From the IMG/VR virus record IMGVR_UViG_3300031857_000025: a stretch of DNA of 64,000 nt; one strand, 5' to 3'. The stretch comes from a virus. The notes below the pieces were generated by a model that made no database searches, had not been told where the DNA came from, and saw only the letters and a program-made list of their open reading frames with translations. This document shows, in pieces, positions 8,468-17,671 of this stretch (position 1 is the stretch's first letter; the number at the start of each line of letters is the position of its first letter). Position numbers and translations under genes: made by a program.

Positions 8468-9526
8468 ATGAATAATAATGTTAGGTTAGGTTATGCATGT
8501 GTCAATCAGACCTTGACTAATCGACCAAAAAAATTAGGTGGCCGTGTTACTACGAGTCGTACCTTACGCAAAGCTTCTTGGCATAGTAATTTTGATCTGC
8601 ATAAGATTGGTGAGCTAGCTGTACAGAATGCTAAGGATTTACTTACTTATCTTAAGTGGAACGAAGAGCATGGTATTCGTTTGTTTCGTGTAGGTTCTGA
8701 GCTTGTTCCATGGCATGATCATTTTGAGCTACACGACTTGCCTCAGTATGACTTATTGTCTATGCATCTTAAGTTAGCTGGTGATTATGCTAAGGCCCAT
8801 GGGCATCGATTGACTACTCATCCTGGTCCATTTCATATCTTAGGTGCGCATGATGATGAGATTGTACGTAGAAGTATTATTGGTCTTGAGCGTCATTCTG
8901 AATTATTTGACCTTATGGGCTTTGAGCCTTCATATGAGAACAAGATCAATATTCATATCGGTGCTGCTTACAAAGATCCTGAGACTACTGCATATCGTTG
9001 GCTTAAGAATTATGACCGGTTATCTGATAACTGTAAAGCTCGATTAGTAGTAGAGAATGACGATAAGGACTCTTTATATAGCGTTCAGATGTTACATGAT
9101 CTTATCTATCGTAACGTCCAAGTACCTATTACCTTTGATTATTATCATCATAAGTTTCATACTAGTGGTTTATCCGAGCAAGAAGCGCTGGAGTTAGCAG
9201 GTACTACCTGGCCTTCCAATGTACGCCAATGTTGTCATTATAGCGAATCTCGTCGACAAGAATATCAACTTATGTTTGATACGATGTGCCGTAACAATAA
9301 CAAGACAATAGAAGAATTAGTTACGTTTCCTACTTTTGCTAAGATGAAAAAAGATTTTGATAAGATCAAAGAGCAGGCACATTCTGATTATATTATACAG
9401 CCAATTCAGACTTATGGGCATAATTTAGATATCATGCTTGAGGCTAAGGCTAAGGAGTTAGCTTTACTTAATTATCAGTATCTACCTGAACTAAATATAT
9501 ATACAAAAGAAAAGGAGTTAATATGA
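8468..9526 (+). CDS. uvsE: UV DNA damage endonuclease
   Basis: RLGYACVN, IRLFRVGSELVP, RLTTHPGPF, INIHIG, RLVVENDDK, FDYYHH, HSDYI, DIMLEAKAKELAL; likely start ATG 8468. Confidence 0.92.
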   Translation: MNNNVRLGYACVNQTLTNRPKKLGGRVTTSRTLRKASWHSNFDLHKIGELAVQNAKDLLTYLKWNEEHGIRLFRVGSELVPWHDHFELHDLPQYDLLSMHLKLAGDYAKAHGHRLTTHPGPFHILGAHDDEIVRRSIIGLERHSELFDLMGFEPSYENKINIHIGAAYKDPETTAYRWLKNYDRLSDNCKARLVVENDDKDSLYSVQMLHDLIYRNVQVPITFDYYHHKFHTSGLSEQEALELAGTTWPSNVRQCCHYSESRRQEYQLMFDTMCRNNNKTIEELVTFPTFAKMKKDFDKIKEQAHSDYIIQPIQTYGHNLDIMLEAKAKELALLNYQYLPELNIYTKEKELI

Positions 9527-9693
9527 AAGACAAAGACAATGTGTTACGCCGTTTAGATGAAGCCGATGACATGGCTCGTATCTTAATTGAACTAGCAGAA
9601 AAACGTGCTATTGATACTGCAGAGGCAGTACGACGTTTACATGAAATTCGCCATAGAATACGCTTTGTTACGGAACGCGTAACTATATCATAA
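9523..9693 (+). CDS. small helical hypothetical protein (not in ORF track)
   Basis: Translated by hand: MKDKDNVLRRLDEADDMARILIELAEKRAIDTAEAVRRLHEIRHRIRFVTERVTIS; AGGAG SD; overlaps both neighbours by 1-4 nt. Confidence 0.7.
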   Translation: MKDKDNVLRRLDEADDMARILIELAEKRAIDTAEAVRRLHEIRHRIRFVTERVTIS

Positions 9694-10724
9694 TGAAGAA
9701 TAAACTACTTCCATATATAATTGCATTGGCAGCATTAGCCGTATCCGGGTCAGCAGCGTTTTATTCTGTATACGGCCTCGGTAAACTATTTGCCGGTGCT
9801 AGTATACAAGTGATGATAATGGCTGGTAGTTTAGAATTTGCAAAGCTTGTTATCGCATCTGCTTTATATCAGTACTGGGATGATGTTAATAAAATATTAC
9901 GTGGTTATTTAGTAACTGCTGTTATTATATTAATGTTAATTACTAGTGCTGGTATATATGGATATTTATCTGGTGCGTATCAAGAAACATATAGCCGTAC
10001 TGAAGTTACGGGTCGTTCATTATCTCTGTTAGAATCTAAAAAGTCTGCATTTGAATCTCAACAAAAATTAGTTGTAGACGAAAAAAATCAATTAACTAAA
10101 TCTATAACAGATATTAGATTAGCCATATCTAATCCAGGACAAACTCAATATGTGGATAATAGAACCGGTCAAGTTATTACTAATACAAATACATCAAGTC
10201 GTGGTATTCTAGAAAAACAACTACAGCAAGCGTTAGGTGATCGTGATAAAATTGACGTAAAACTATCAGGTATAAATGATTCTATTGCTAAGTATGATCT
10301 TAAAATAATTGAACTTAAAAATAATGATACCGGTACTAGAGAATTAGGTCCATTAATGTACTTAGCTACCTTAACCGGCCAAAGTATGGATAAGGTTATT
10401 AACTGGTATTTGTTATTAATTATATTTGTATTCGATCCATTAGCTATCACATTAGTAGTAGTTGCTAACCAAGCTTTTAGTTATAATAAACCTAAAGAGT
10501 CAGTATCTAATATACAAGAACCAGAACCAATACAAGAACCAGTTATTAGTTCGGATATAGAGTCTATTATAGAAGAATCCACTAGTATAGAAGAACCAGT
10601 ACATGAAATTATAGGCAATACACCTATGCATGTAGAAATTAAAGATGACACAAAAGATATTTATCAAGAAAAAGTTATAAACGAAGAACCACCTAAAACT
10701 AAAACAGGCGGTCGATATTATTAA
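9693..10724 (+). CDS. multi-TM membrane protein with coiled coil
   Basis: Three N-terminal TM helices, long coiled coil, C-terminal TM (IIFVFDPLAI). Confidence 0.7.
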   Translation: MKNKLLPYIIALAALAVSGSAAFYSVYGLGKLFAGASIQVMIMAGSLEFAKLVIASALYQYWDDVNKILRGYLVTAVIILMLITSAGIYGYLSGAYQETYSRTEVTGRSLSLLESKKSAFESQQKLVVDEKNQLTKSITDIRLAISNPGQTQYVDNRTGQVITNTNTSSRGILEKQLQQALGDRDKIDVKLSGINDSIAKYDLKIIELKNNDTGTRELGPLMYLATLTGQSMDKVINWYLLLIIFVFDPLAITLVVVANQAFSYNKPKESVSNIQEPEPIQEPVISSDIESIIEESTSIEEPVHEIIGNTPMHVEIKDDTKDIYQEKVINEEPPKTKTGGRYY

Positions 10725-10730
10725 TTAATT

Positions 10731-11222
10731 ATGCAATACAATACACGTACTTATAAAGGTAAACTTTATATGATTTGTCAGAACAGCATACCTGATGGCA
10801 AATATTGGCAGAATAAAGAATGTAAAAATTGGTCAGAGGTAAGTGCCAGAACAACAGCTGTACTATGCAGTGCATGTACAATGGAGTTATTAGGGCCTGC
10901 CGAAACGCGTCAAGGATATGTACCATCTGGTAGACCTCGTGGATGGCAATTTATGAAAGAATATGTAGACCCGCAAGGCAATGTATTTCATAAAGGTATT
11001 GAACAACCAACTCTTAAAGGAACATTACCAGCTACACAATTTGATAATACGGTAGTTAAGAGTCGATTATCTAAACAAGAAAAAGAGGATTTACGTGATC
11101 AGTTACTTGAACAAATGGTATTCCTGCGCGGTGAAGTAAGTAAGTCAGTTACTAAAAAAGATATTCGTACTAATCAAACACAACTTAAAAAAGTTGAACG
11201 TCAGTTAAAAAAGCTTAATTAA
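10731..11222 (+). CDS. hypothetical protein (Cys motifs, PRGWQFMKEYVD)
   Basis: 163 aa ORF with CSAC. Confidence 0.6.
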   Translation: MQYNTRTYKGKLYMICQNSIPDGKYWQNKECKNWSEVSARTTAVLCSACTMELLGPAETRQGYVPSGRPRGWQFMKEYVDPQGNVFHKGIEQPTLKGTLPATQFDNTVVKSRLSKQEKEDLRDQLLEQMVFLRGEVSKSVTKKDIRTNQTQLKKVERQLKKLN

Positions 11223-11225
11223 AAT

Positions 11226-11256
11226 TTTGTTTCTAATTATTTATTAATTATATTTA
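11226..11256 (+). promoter_or_regulatory. Bacteroidota-type sigma70 promoter
   Basis: TTTG 11226-11229, 19 nt spacer, TATATTTA 11249-11256. Confidence 0.5.
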
Positions 11257-11259
11257 GTT

Positions 11260-11880
11260 ATGAGTATATATAACGATAGGCCCAATACGCCAAACAATGA
11301 CACTATTATAGTGCCAACTGAAACAGATAATCCTTATACTGTTATTAATGAACAAATTACTAACCTAGTAGATATCAATGATTCGGTTGTTTTTCTGAAT
11401 GAAGATATTAATAACACTACTTTAATCAAACTTATGATTAAGATACGTGCTATACTTGCTAATAGAACGGAAGGCGATAATAGTCCTATTAACTTAGTAA
11501 TTAATTCATCTGGCGGTGATGTATATGAAATGTTAGGTATTATTGATTATATTGAAACATTAGATGTTAAAGTAAATACAATATGCCGCGGCAGAGCAAT
11601 GAGTTCAGCCGCAGTTATATTGGCATGTGGTACTGGTACGCGTTTGTGTAGTCGTAGATCAGCTGTAATGTTTCATCAGGCATCGACGGATTTATATGGT
11701 AAAACAACGGATATGAATTCTTATATTAAAAACTTAAACTTTATTGAGGATAGTATCTCTGAGTTATTAGCATCTAAAACTAAAAAGGATGTTAAATGGT
11801 GGAAAGACAATCAAATATCAGATATGTATTTAACGCCAGAACAATTATTAGAGTACGGAATTATTGACGAAATTATTTAA
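11260..11880 (+). CDS. clpP: ClpP-family serine protease
   Basis: INSSGGDV, GRAMSSAAVIL (catalytic Ser), VMFHQ (His), DMYLTPEQLLEYGIIDEI. Confidence 0.88.
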   Translation: MSIYNDRPNTPNNDTIIVPTETDNPYTVINEQITNLVDINDSVVFLNEDINNTTLIKLMIKIRAILANRTEGDNSPINLVINSSGGDVYEMLGIIDYIETLDVKVNTICRGRAMSSAAVILACGTGTRLCSRRSAVMFHQASTDLYGKTTDMNSYIKNLNFIEDSISELLASKTKKDVKWWKDNQISDMYLTPEQLLEYGIIDEII

Positions 11881-11884
11881 AATT

Positions 11885-12637
11885 ATGAGTTTATCAGCAG
11901 AACAAATTGAAAAGAATTGGAAAGAGTATCGTAAAAGAGTTAACGAACTATTTCCTAACAGGTCAGAATCATTGAACAAAATGTATGACTATTTTGAAGA
12001 ACGTATGGTTATGATGCCAGCATCTAGTACGGATCATTTTCATAATGCCTTTGAAGGTGGTTATGTAGATCATGTACTCCGTGTTATGGATTGTGCAGAA
12101 TCATTGTATAATACCTGGGAAGCATCTGGTGCTAGTGTAGATGGTTTTTCTAAAGAAGAACTTTTATTTGCAGCAATGCATCACGACTTAGGTAAGGCAG
12201 GATTTCCGCAAGAGAACGGCGAAGTTTATATTCCTAATGATTCTGAATGGCATCGTAAGAATCAAGGTAAAATGTATAAACATAATCCTAATATTCCATT
12301 TACTATGGTACCAGATTTAAGTTTATGGACATTACAACATTTTACAGTACAAGTATCTTGGAATGAATATCAGGCCATTCGAATTCATGACGGATTATAC
12401 GATGAAGCAAATCGTCCTTATTATATTTCTCGTAGTCCAGAATCTAAACTAAGAAATAATATGGCATTGATACTACATCATGCAGACCATATGGCAGCTC
12501 GAATTGAGTATGAAATGTGGAGAGATAACAAGCCATCAGCTCAACCGACTATTACGGCTAAGAAAAATAATAAACTTTCTAGTACGGATGGACTGAATAC
12601 GGCTAAACTATTTACTGATTTATTTGGAGACAACTAA
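11885..12637 (+). CDS. HD-domain phosphohydrolase
   Basis: HNAFEGGYVDHVL, HHDLGK, IHDG, HHAD; likely start ATG 11885. Confidence 0.85.
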   Translation: MSLSAEQIEKNWKEYRKRVNELFPNRSESLNKMYDYFEERMVMMPASSTDHFHNAFEGGYVDHVLRVMDCAESLYNTWEASGASVDGFSKEELLFAAMHHDLGKAGFPQENGEVYIPNDSEWHRKNQGKMYKHNPNIPFTMVPDLSLWTLQHFTVQVSWNEYQAIRIHDGLYDEANRPYYISRSPESKLRNNMALILHHADHMAARIEYEMWRDNKPSAQPTITAKKNNKLSSTDGLNTAKLFTDLFGDN

Positions 12638-12927
12638 TGATTTATTATATATTACTTGCAATATTTGTTAGTGTAACAATTGTATTAGGTTTCATATGTT
12701 ATAATCTATTACGTAAAATTGAAACATTTGAAGATGTTATTTCTGAGTTAGAAAAGAGTAACGAAGAATATGAATTATTATTTACTGATATAAAACAGAC
12801 ATTGAATAATTCAGCATCTCGTATGCGTCAGATTGATAGATTAGGTTCATTTGAATCAGATGATGAAACTGGATATGTATTTAAAGAACTAAAAGATATA
12901 GTTGAACAATTGAATGAGAGGTACTAA
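12637..12927 (+). CDS. membrane-anchored coiled-coil protein
   Basis: N-terminal TM; GSFESDDETG. Confidence 0.65.
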   Translation: MIYYILLAIFVSVTIVLGFICYNLLRKIETFEDVISELEKSNEEYELLFTDIKQTLNNSASRMRQIDRLGSFESDDETGYVFKELKDIVEQLNERY

Positions 12928-13700
12928 TGTCACCAGTTGAAGCATTTTATAGCGAACTAGAAGCTGATATAGCTATAGATCCTAAAGGTAAGAGAGGTAG
13001 AAAGCCAAGTAAAACACAGTACTTTACTATCACTACAGAGAAAGCAATTATTGCATATAACAAGGAAACTAGTCCCAATTTACGTAATAAGATCTACAGA
13101 GAATTTATCGATTATCCGTTTAATAAATTAGTTGAAAACATTTATCATACATTTAAGTTTAGTTATTTTGATGTACCATACGAAGATATTAAATGCGAAG
13201 TAGTTGCTTTCTTAAATGAAAAAATTGATAAGTTTACGGAAGGTAAAGGTAAAGCATTTAGTTACTTTAGTATTATAGCTAAGAACTATCTTATTATTCA
13301 AAACAATGCTAACTATGCTAAATTAAAACGCAAAGTCGAACCTATATTAATTGATGAGACTCGTAACTTAGGTACTGAAATGTCTATATCATCTTATCAA
13401 GAATCGTTACGTGACTTTACTAATTTATGGACAGAGTGGTATGATGCTAACATGAGTATGATATTCACAAACAAGCGTGATATTATAATTGCCGATACTA
13501 TTTTAGAACTATTTCGTATACGTGAATCAATTGAAGACTTTAATAAAAAATCTATCTACATTTTAATTAGGGAACGTACAGGTCTTAAAACACAAAATAT
13601 TACTCGAGTACTTAATGTCATGAAAGCTGATTTTACTCGTATGTTTACTTATTATCAACACCACGGACGTCTATTACCATATGTAGCTGAATTTGCCTAG
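12927..13700 (+). CDS. phage sigma factor, probably late (T4 gp55-like)
   Basis: Sigma region 2-like IDKFTEGKGKAFSYFSIIAKNYLI; sits directly before the structural module. Confidence 0.65.
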   Translation: MSPVEAFYSELEADIAIDPKGKRGRKPSKTQYFTITTEKAIIAYNKETSPNLRNKIYREFIDYPFNKLVENIYHTFKFSYFDVPYEDIKCEVVAFLNEKIDKFTEGKGKAFSYFSIIAKNYLIIQNNANYAKLKRKVEPILIDETRNLGTEMSISSYQESLRDFTNLWTEWYDANMSMIFTNKRDIIIADTILELFRIRESIEDFNKKSIYILIRERTGLKTQNITRVLNVMKADFTRMFTYYQHHGRLLPYVAEFA

Positions 13701-13705
13701 TTTTT

Positions 13706-13713
13706 ATATTTAT
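13706..13713 (+). promoter_or_regulatory. putative late promoter ATATTTAT
   Basis: Opens the baseplate gene block. Confidence 0.6.
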
Positions 13714-13729
13714 AAAAAAGGTAATCAGT

Positions 13730-14086
13730 ATGTCTACGGAATTCGAATTATTTAAAGGTACATCTTTTTCAGACTTGATGAAAGATATATACCACAATTC
13801 AAAAAAGAAATCTAGGCAAATTGACGGTCTAATACAAGAGTTACAGCCGTTAATTAAAAATGTAGGAGATGCAACTGTCATTGTACCTATGATCAAAGAA
13901 TATCTAGAAGTATCTGTTAAAAATGATGATGCATTAGTTAAATTAGCAGCTGTAGTACAGCGTCTAGTTTCTGCAAGTAATAAGTCTGAAGATGGCGGTG
14001 AGTTTGGTTTATCTGATGATGAACGCGAACGTCTATTGCGTGAAGCTGAAAAAGAAATTGAAACACTGCAAAGAAAACAGGAGTAA
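13730..14086 (+). CDS. conserved phage hypothetical protein
   Basis: 118 aa helical protein preceding baseplate genes. Confidence 0.65.
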   Translation: MSTEFELFKGTSFSDLMKDIYHNSKKKSRQIDGLIQELQPLIKNVGDATVIVPMIKEYLEVSVKNDDALVKLAAVVQRLVSASNKSEDGGEFGLSDDERERLLREAEKEIETLQRKQE

Positions 14087-14089
14087 TAA

Positions 14090-15361
14090 ATGAATGTACA
14101 TGCAGAAGTAGTAGATACTTCAATGGCATACAAAGAAACTGTTGATTCTACTGGTATTGTGTATCCGAAAGGTACTATTAAAGTACGTCTAGATAATGGT
14201 GGTAATAATAGTGGCCAACCGACAGAAGCATATGCTACACCATTAAATGCTAATGATTTTGAAATACCAATAACCGGTGAACATGTATTATTAACAACGG
14301 CCAATACCAGTGATACAAATATAGATCGTATACGCACAGGTTATTTTTATTCCAAGCCAATTAACGCTGTTAATAACTTAAACGTTAATGTATTGACAGG
14401 GTTTTATAATACCAAGGCAGTAAAATCTGGTGATCAGACATTACAAAATGGTATACGTAATACTGACCAATCTACTAGTATATTCCAATCACCAAAACTA
14501 TATACATTTGGTACGTCTAATTTATCTTTTCTTCAGCCATTTGAAGGCGATAGAATAATACAATCTAGATTTGGTTCAGCTATTAGATTTAGTTCAACTG
14601 TTAAAGGTGATACTAGTATTTATAACAACCGACCACCATGGGACGGCAGCGCCGCTAACTCTCCTTTAATTGTTATAGCAAATGGTATATCATCTCTTAC
14701 AAAAAATAGCTCGCAGTATGCTATTGAAAATATTAATGATGATAATAGTTCTATTTACATAACATCAGAACAACAGGTAGACTTAAAACCATCACAGGTA
14801 ATTAATGAAACAATATCTACTATTGGTAGTTATTCAAATTCACAGGTTATTATTAATGCCGATCGTTTAGTTTTTAATTCCAAATCTAATAGTATCGTAT
14901 TATCTGCATCAGAAACAATTGCCATGTCTACACCAGACTGGAAACTGGATATGAATAAGTTTTTTAACTTAATGTATCAGTTTGTTGATGAAGTAACTAA
15001 AATTGCAAATCAGCAAGAGACAATTGCAACTGGTGTTGGGCCTACTGGATTATCTACAAATGTAGCTAAATTTATACAGATATTCAATGACTTGACTGCA
15101 ATGAAATCATCTGGTGGTACTCCAATAGCATCTATTAGTACACCAGAAATTGTTACGCCTGCAGCTAATTTAGATACACAGACTACATTGGCAATAACTG
15201 ATACCGCTACTTTAGATCCTACTGGTGCTAGTACAGTTACTACATCACAAACACCAATCACCCAAACTACACCGGTTAGTACGGCAGCCGAATCATCATA
15301 TCAAGGAATTGGTAATTCCGTCGATACTGCATCAAATGACTCTTTTGATACACTTGAGTAA
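14090..15361 (+). CDS. baseplate hub/spike protein (gp5/VgrG-like)
   Basis: OB-fold-like start (GTIKVR..P..GEHV), GDRIIQSRFGSAIRF, INADRLVFNSK beta repeats. Confidence 0.6.
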   Translation: MNVHAEVVDTSMAYKETVDSTGIVYPKGTIKVRLDNGGNNSGQPTEAYATPLNANDFEIPITGEHVLLTTANTSDTNIDRIRTGYFYSKPINAVNNLNVNVLTGFYNTKAVKSGDQTLQNGIRNTDQSTSIFQSPKLYTFGTSNLSFLQPFEGDRIIQSRFGSAIRFSSTVKGDTSIYNNRPPWDGSAANSPLIVIANGISSLTKNSSQYAIENINDDNSSIYITSEQQVDLKPSQVINETISTIGSYSNSQVIINADRLVFNSKSNSIVLSASETIAMSTPDWKLDMNKFFNLMYQFVDEVTKIANQQETIATGVGPTGLSTNVAKFIQIFNDLTAMKSSGGTPIASISTPEIVTPAANLDTQTTLAITDTATLDPTGASTVTTSQTPITQTTPVSTAAESSYQGIGNSVDTASNDSFDTLE

Positions 15362-15366
15362 TAATT

Positions 15367-16632
15367 ATGGCATTAGATGTTAATATACTTAAAGCCTCTT
15401 TAACTGCTATTTATACAGCAACTACTAATACTAATAATGCCACAGCATTATCTAATGCTATATGTAATTATTTAATTCCAATCACTCCTGCTAGTACTGG
15501 CGTAGAATCCGGTAGAGCGCAGATGATAGCTACGTTTAATTCATTTGCAGGTCAGCCTAATGGACATATTAATGCATTGACAACGGCATTGCCGGTATAT
15601 GCAGCTGTTGTCGCATCTGGGATGTCGCCGGAATATACCGGCACTGCACCGACATCAGTTACATTACCAAATTTTACTAGTTTATATAAAGCATTAACAG
15701 ATGTGGAAGCTTCACATGCTGATTGCGCTACTATTATATCAGCTGCTATCCATACATGGTTTAGTAGTGGCACCGCAACACATAATATTGAACAGACAAC
15801 TGTTAATTGGGGTACACCTGTCAAAGTATCGATAATACAAAAATTAAAAAATAAAATTGATAAAGCTGTTACGGTATTATCGGCTGATTATAGAAAAATT
15901 ATGCAGTCAGAATATAATACCATAAAAAATTCTTCGGAAGTGACAACAAAAGAATATGCCGAGTTAATACGTGGCGAATTAAATCAAAATGAATTAGTGT
16001 CGGCACCTATTAACGTTGATAATACAGAAGTATTGGCTGGTATAAAAAATACTCCGACTAAATTCAGATCTACAATTGGCGAACGTATTATTGCTGTTGC
16101 AATAAAAGATATAGGAATGAAAGAAACTCTAGATAAAAACTATGGAGGAATTCCTAGTAAACGTAAAACATCTATAGGCCAGCGATTTGGATTTACGGAT
16201 AAAACATCGTACAAAACTATGATAAAGGAAGGACGTATTGATGAAATGTTAAAACAAACTGGCACAGCAAATCCAAAATCCGTGGGTGAAGGCTATTTTT
16301 GGTGTGCGGCTGCAGTGACTTCATGGTACTTAGAGGCTAATGCAGACGGTCCGAGATCAGCAGGAGTATCTCGATGGAAAGAGTATGCACAAAAAGAGAA
16401 AAGATTTACTAGTAACCCTATATTAGGCTCTGCTATCATATACAATTTTAGTCATATTGGTATTGTAGCAGGCGTAATAGCTGATAAAAACGGTATACCA
16501 ACTCGTATATTAACAATTGAAGGTAATACTAAGGGCGGTAAAGGCGAACGTAACGGTAATACTGTAGCGTATAAAAGTGTCAGTGCTACTAGTAAAACTA
16601 TAGTAGGATATTTTAATCCTGCAAGCAAGTAA
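15367..16632 (+). CDS. virion-associated CHAP-domain peptidoglycan hydrolase
   Basis: YFWCAAAVTSWY (Cys), SHIGIV (His), LTIEGNT. Confidence 0.8.
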   Translation: MALDVNILKASLTAIYTATTNTNNATALSNAICNYLIPITPASTGVESGRAQMIATFNSFAGQPNGHINALTTALPVYAAVVASGMSPEYTGTAPTSVTLPNFTSLYKALTDVEASHADCATIISAAIHTWFSSGTATHNIEQTTVNWGTPVKVSIIQKLKNKIDKAVTVLSADYRKIMQSEYNTIKNSSEVTTKEYAELIRGELNQNELVSAPINVDNTEVLAGIKNTPTKFRSTIGERIIAVAIKDIGMKETLDKNYGGIPSKRKTSIGQRFGFTDKTSYKTMIKEGRIDEMLKQTGTANPKSVGEGYFWCAAAVTSWYLEANADGPRSAGVSRWKEYAQKEKRFTSNPILGSAIIYNFSHIGIVAGVIADKNGIPTRILTIEGNTKGGKGERNGNTVAYKSVSATSKTIVGYFNPASK

Positions 16633-16684
16633 AAACTTGTAACATTATAATATCTACATATTTATTAAAAAGTGAGATAAATAT

Positions 16685-17143
16685 ATGGAATCAAAATCAT
16701 TTTTCAATGCACTACGTAAAATTATACGCGAAGAAGTGCAACAAGCTGTTCGTACAGAAATGAAAAGAATGCTTAACGAAAATAAATCAGATCATACTAA
16801 GGTTATACAACATGGATTAGAATTAAATCGTATGACTAATAAACAGCCTAAAAAAACATTTGCAAAAGATCCAATGTTAAATGATTTACTTAACGAGACA
16901 GCTACAATACCAGCTCCAGTTGATGAATGGTCGACTATGAATTTTAGATCAGAAATGGCCCAGGCCTTTGGTGGTATGCGACATTCCATGGATGATAATA
17001 TTCCGTATGTAGTTCCATCAACTGACCTAAATGGCGCACCTGTTAATTTAGGTAATGAAAACGTTGCTGCGGCTGTAACAGCTATGACAAAAGATTACTC
17101 GGCATTAATGAAAGCTATTGATAAAAAGAAAGGTGTAAAATAA
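16685..17143 (+). CDS. hypothetical virion protein
   Basis: LRKIIREEV...MLNE leader; ATATTTAT 16658-16665 upstream. Confidence 0.65.
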   Translation: MESKSFFNALRKIIREEVQQAVRTEMKRMLNENKSDHTKVIQHGLELNRMTNKQPKKTFAKDPMLNDLLNETATIPAPVDEWSTMNFRSEMAQAFGGMRHSMDDNIPYVVPSTDLNGAPVNLGNENVAAAVTAMTKDYSALMKAIDKKKGVK

Positions 17144-17146
17144 TAA

Positions 17147-17671
17147 ATGGCACGTACTATTTACCAATATCGACCAATAAATACTTTACCTGATAAGGCC
17201 ATAGGCGTTACGTTACCTTTTAATAAAAGTAGCGTATCACGTAAAGATGAAACAGCAAATTATGCTGAGCAAAGCAATGGCGTTGGAGTTTTTAATAGTT
17301 CGTATTCAACAGAAGCACAATCAATTAGCAATCTTAAAAATTTATTATTGACTATAAAAGGCGAACGCGTCATGCAACCTAGATTTGGTACCATGATATA
17401 TTCACTTATTTTTGAGCAAAATACAGATGATTTAGCTGCAGAACTTGATACAACGTTACGTGAAGATATTGCTTACTGGTTACCATATATTGTAATTAAT
17501 GATATAGAAATACTACAAGTACGAGACGAGTATAGTATTTTAATACGATTACATTTTCAGGTAACTACGTCAGGCGCTAATCGTGTTATTAACATATTAG
17601 CATCAGAAAATAGTTTACAGATCCCAGAAACATTTAATGCTCAACAGTTAACACCTATAGGTACAATATAA
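17147..17671 (+). CDS. baseplate wedge subunit, gp25-like
   Basis: NLKNLLLTIKGERVMQPRFGT..LIFEQ, WLPYI. Confidence 0.88.
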   Translation: MARTIYQYRPINTLPDKAIGVTLPFNKSSVSRKDETANYAEQSNGVGVFNSSYSTEAQSISNLKNLLLTIKGERVMQPRFGTMIYSLIFEQNTDDLAAELDTTLREDIAYWLPYIVINDIEILQVRDEYSILIRLHFQVTTSGANRVINILASENSLQIPETFNAQQLTPIGTI

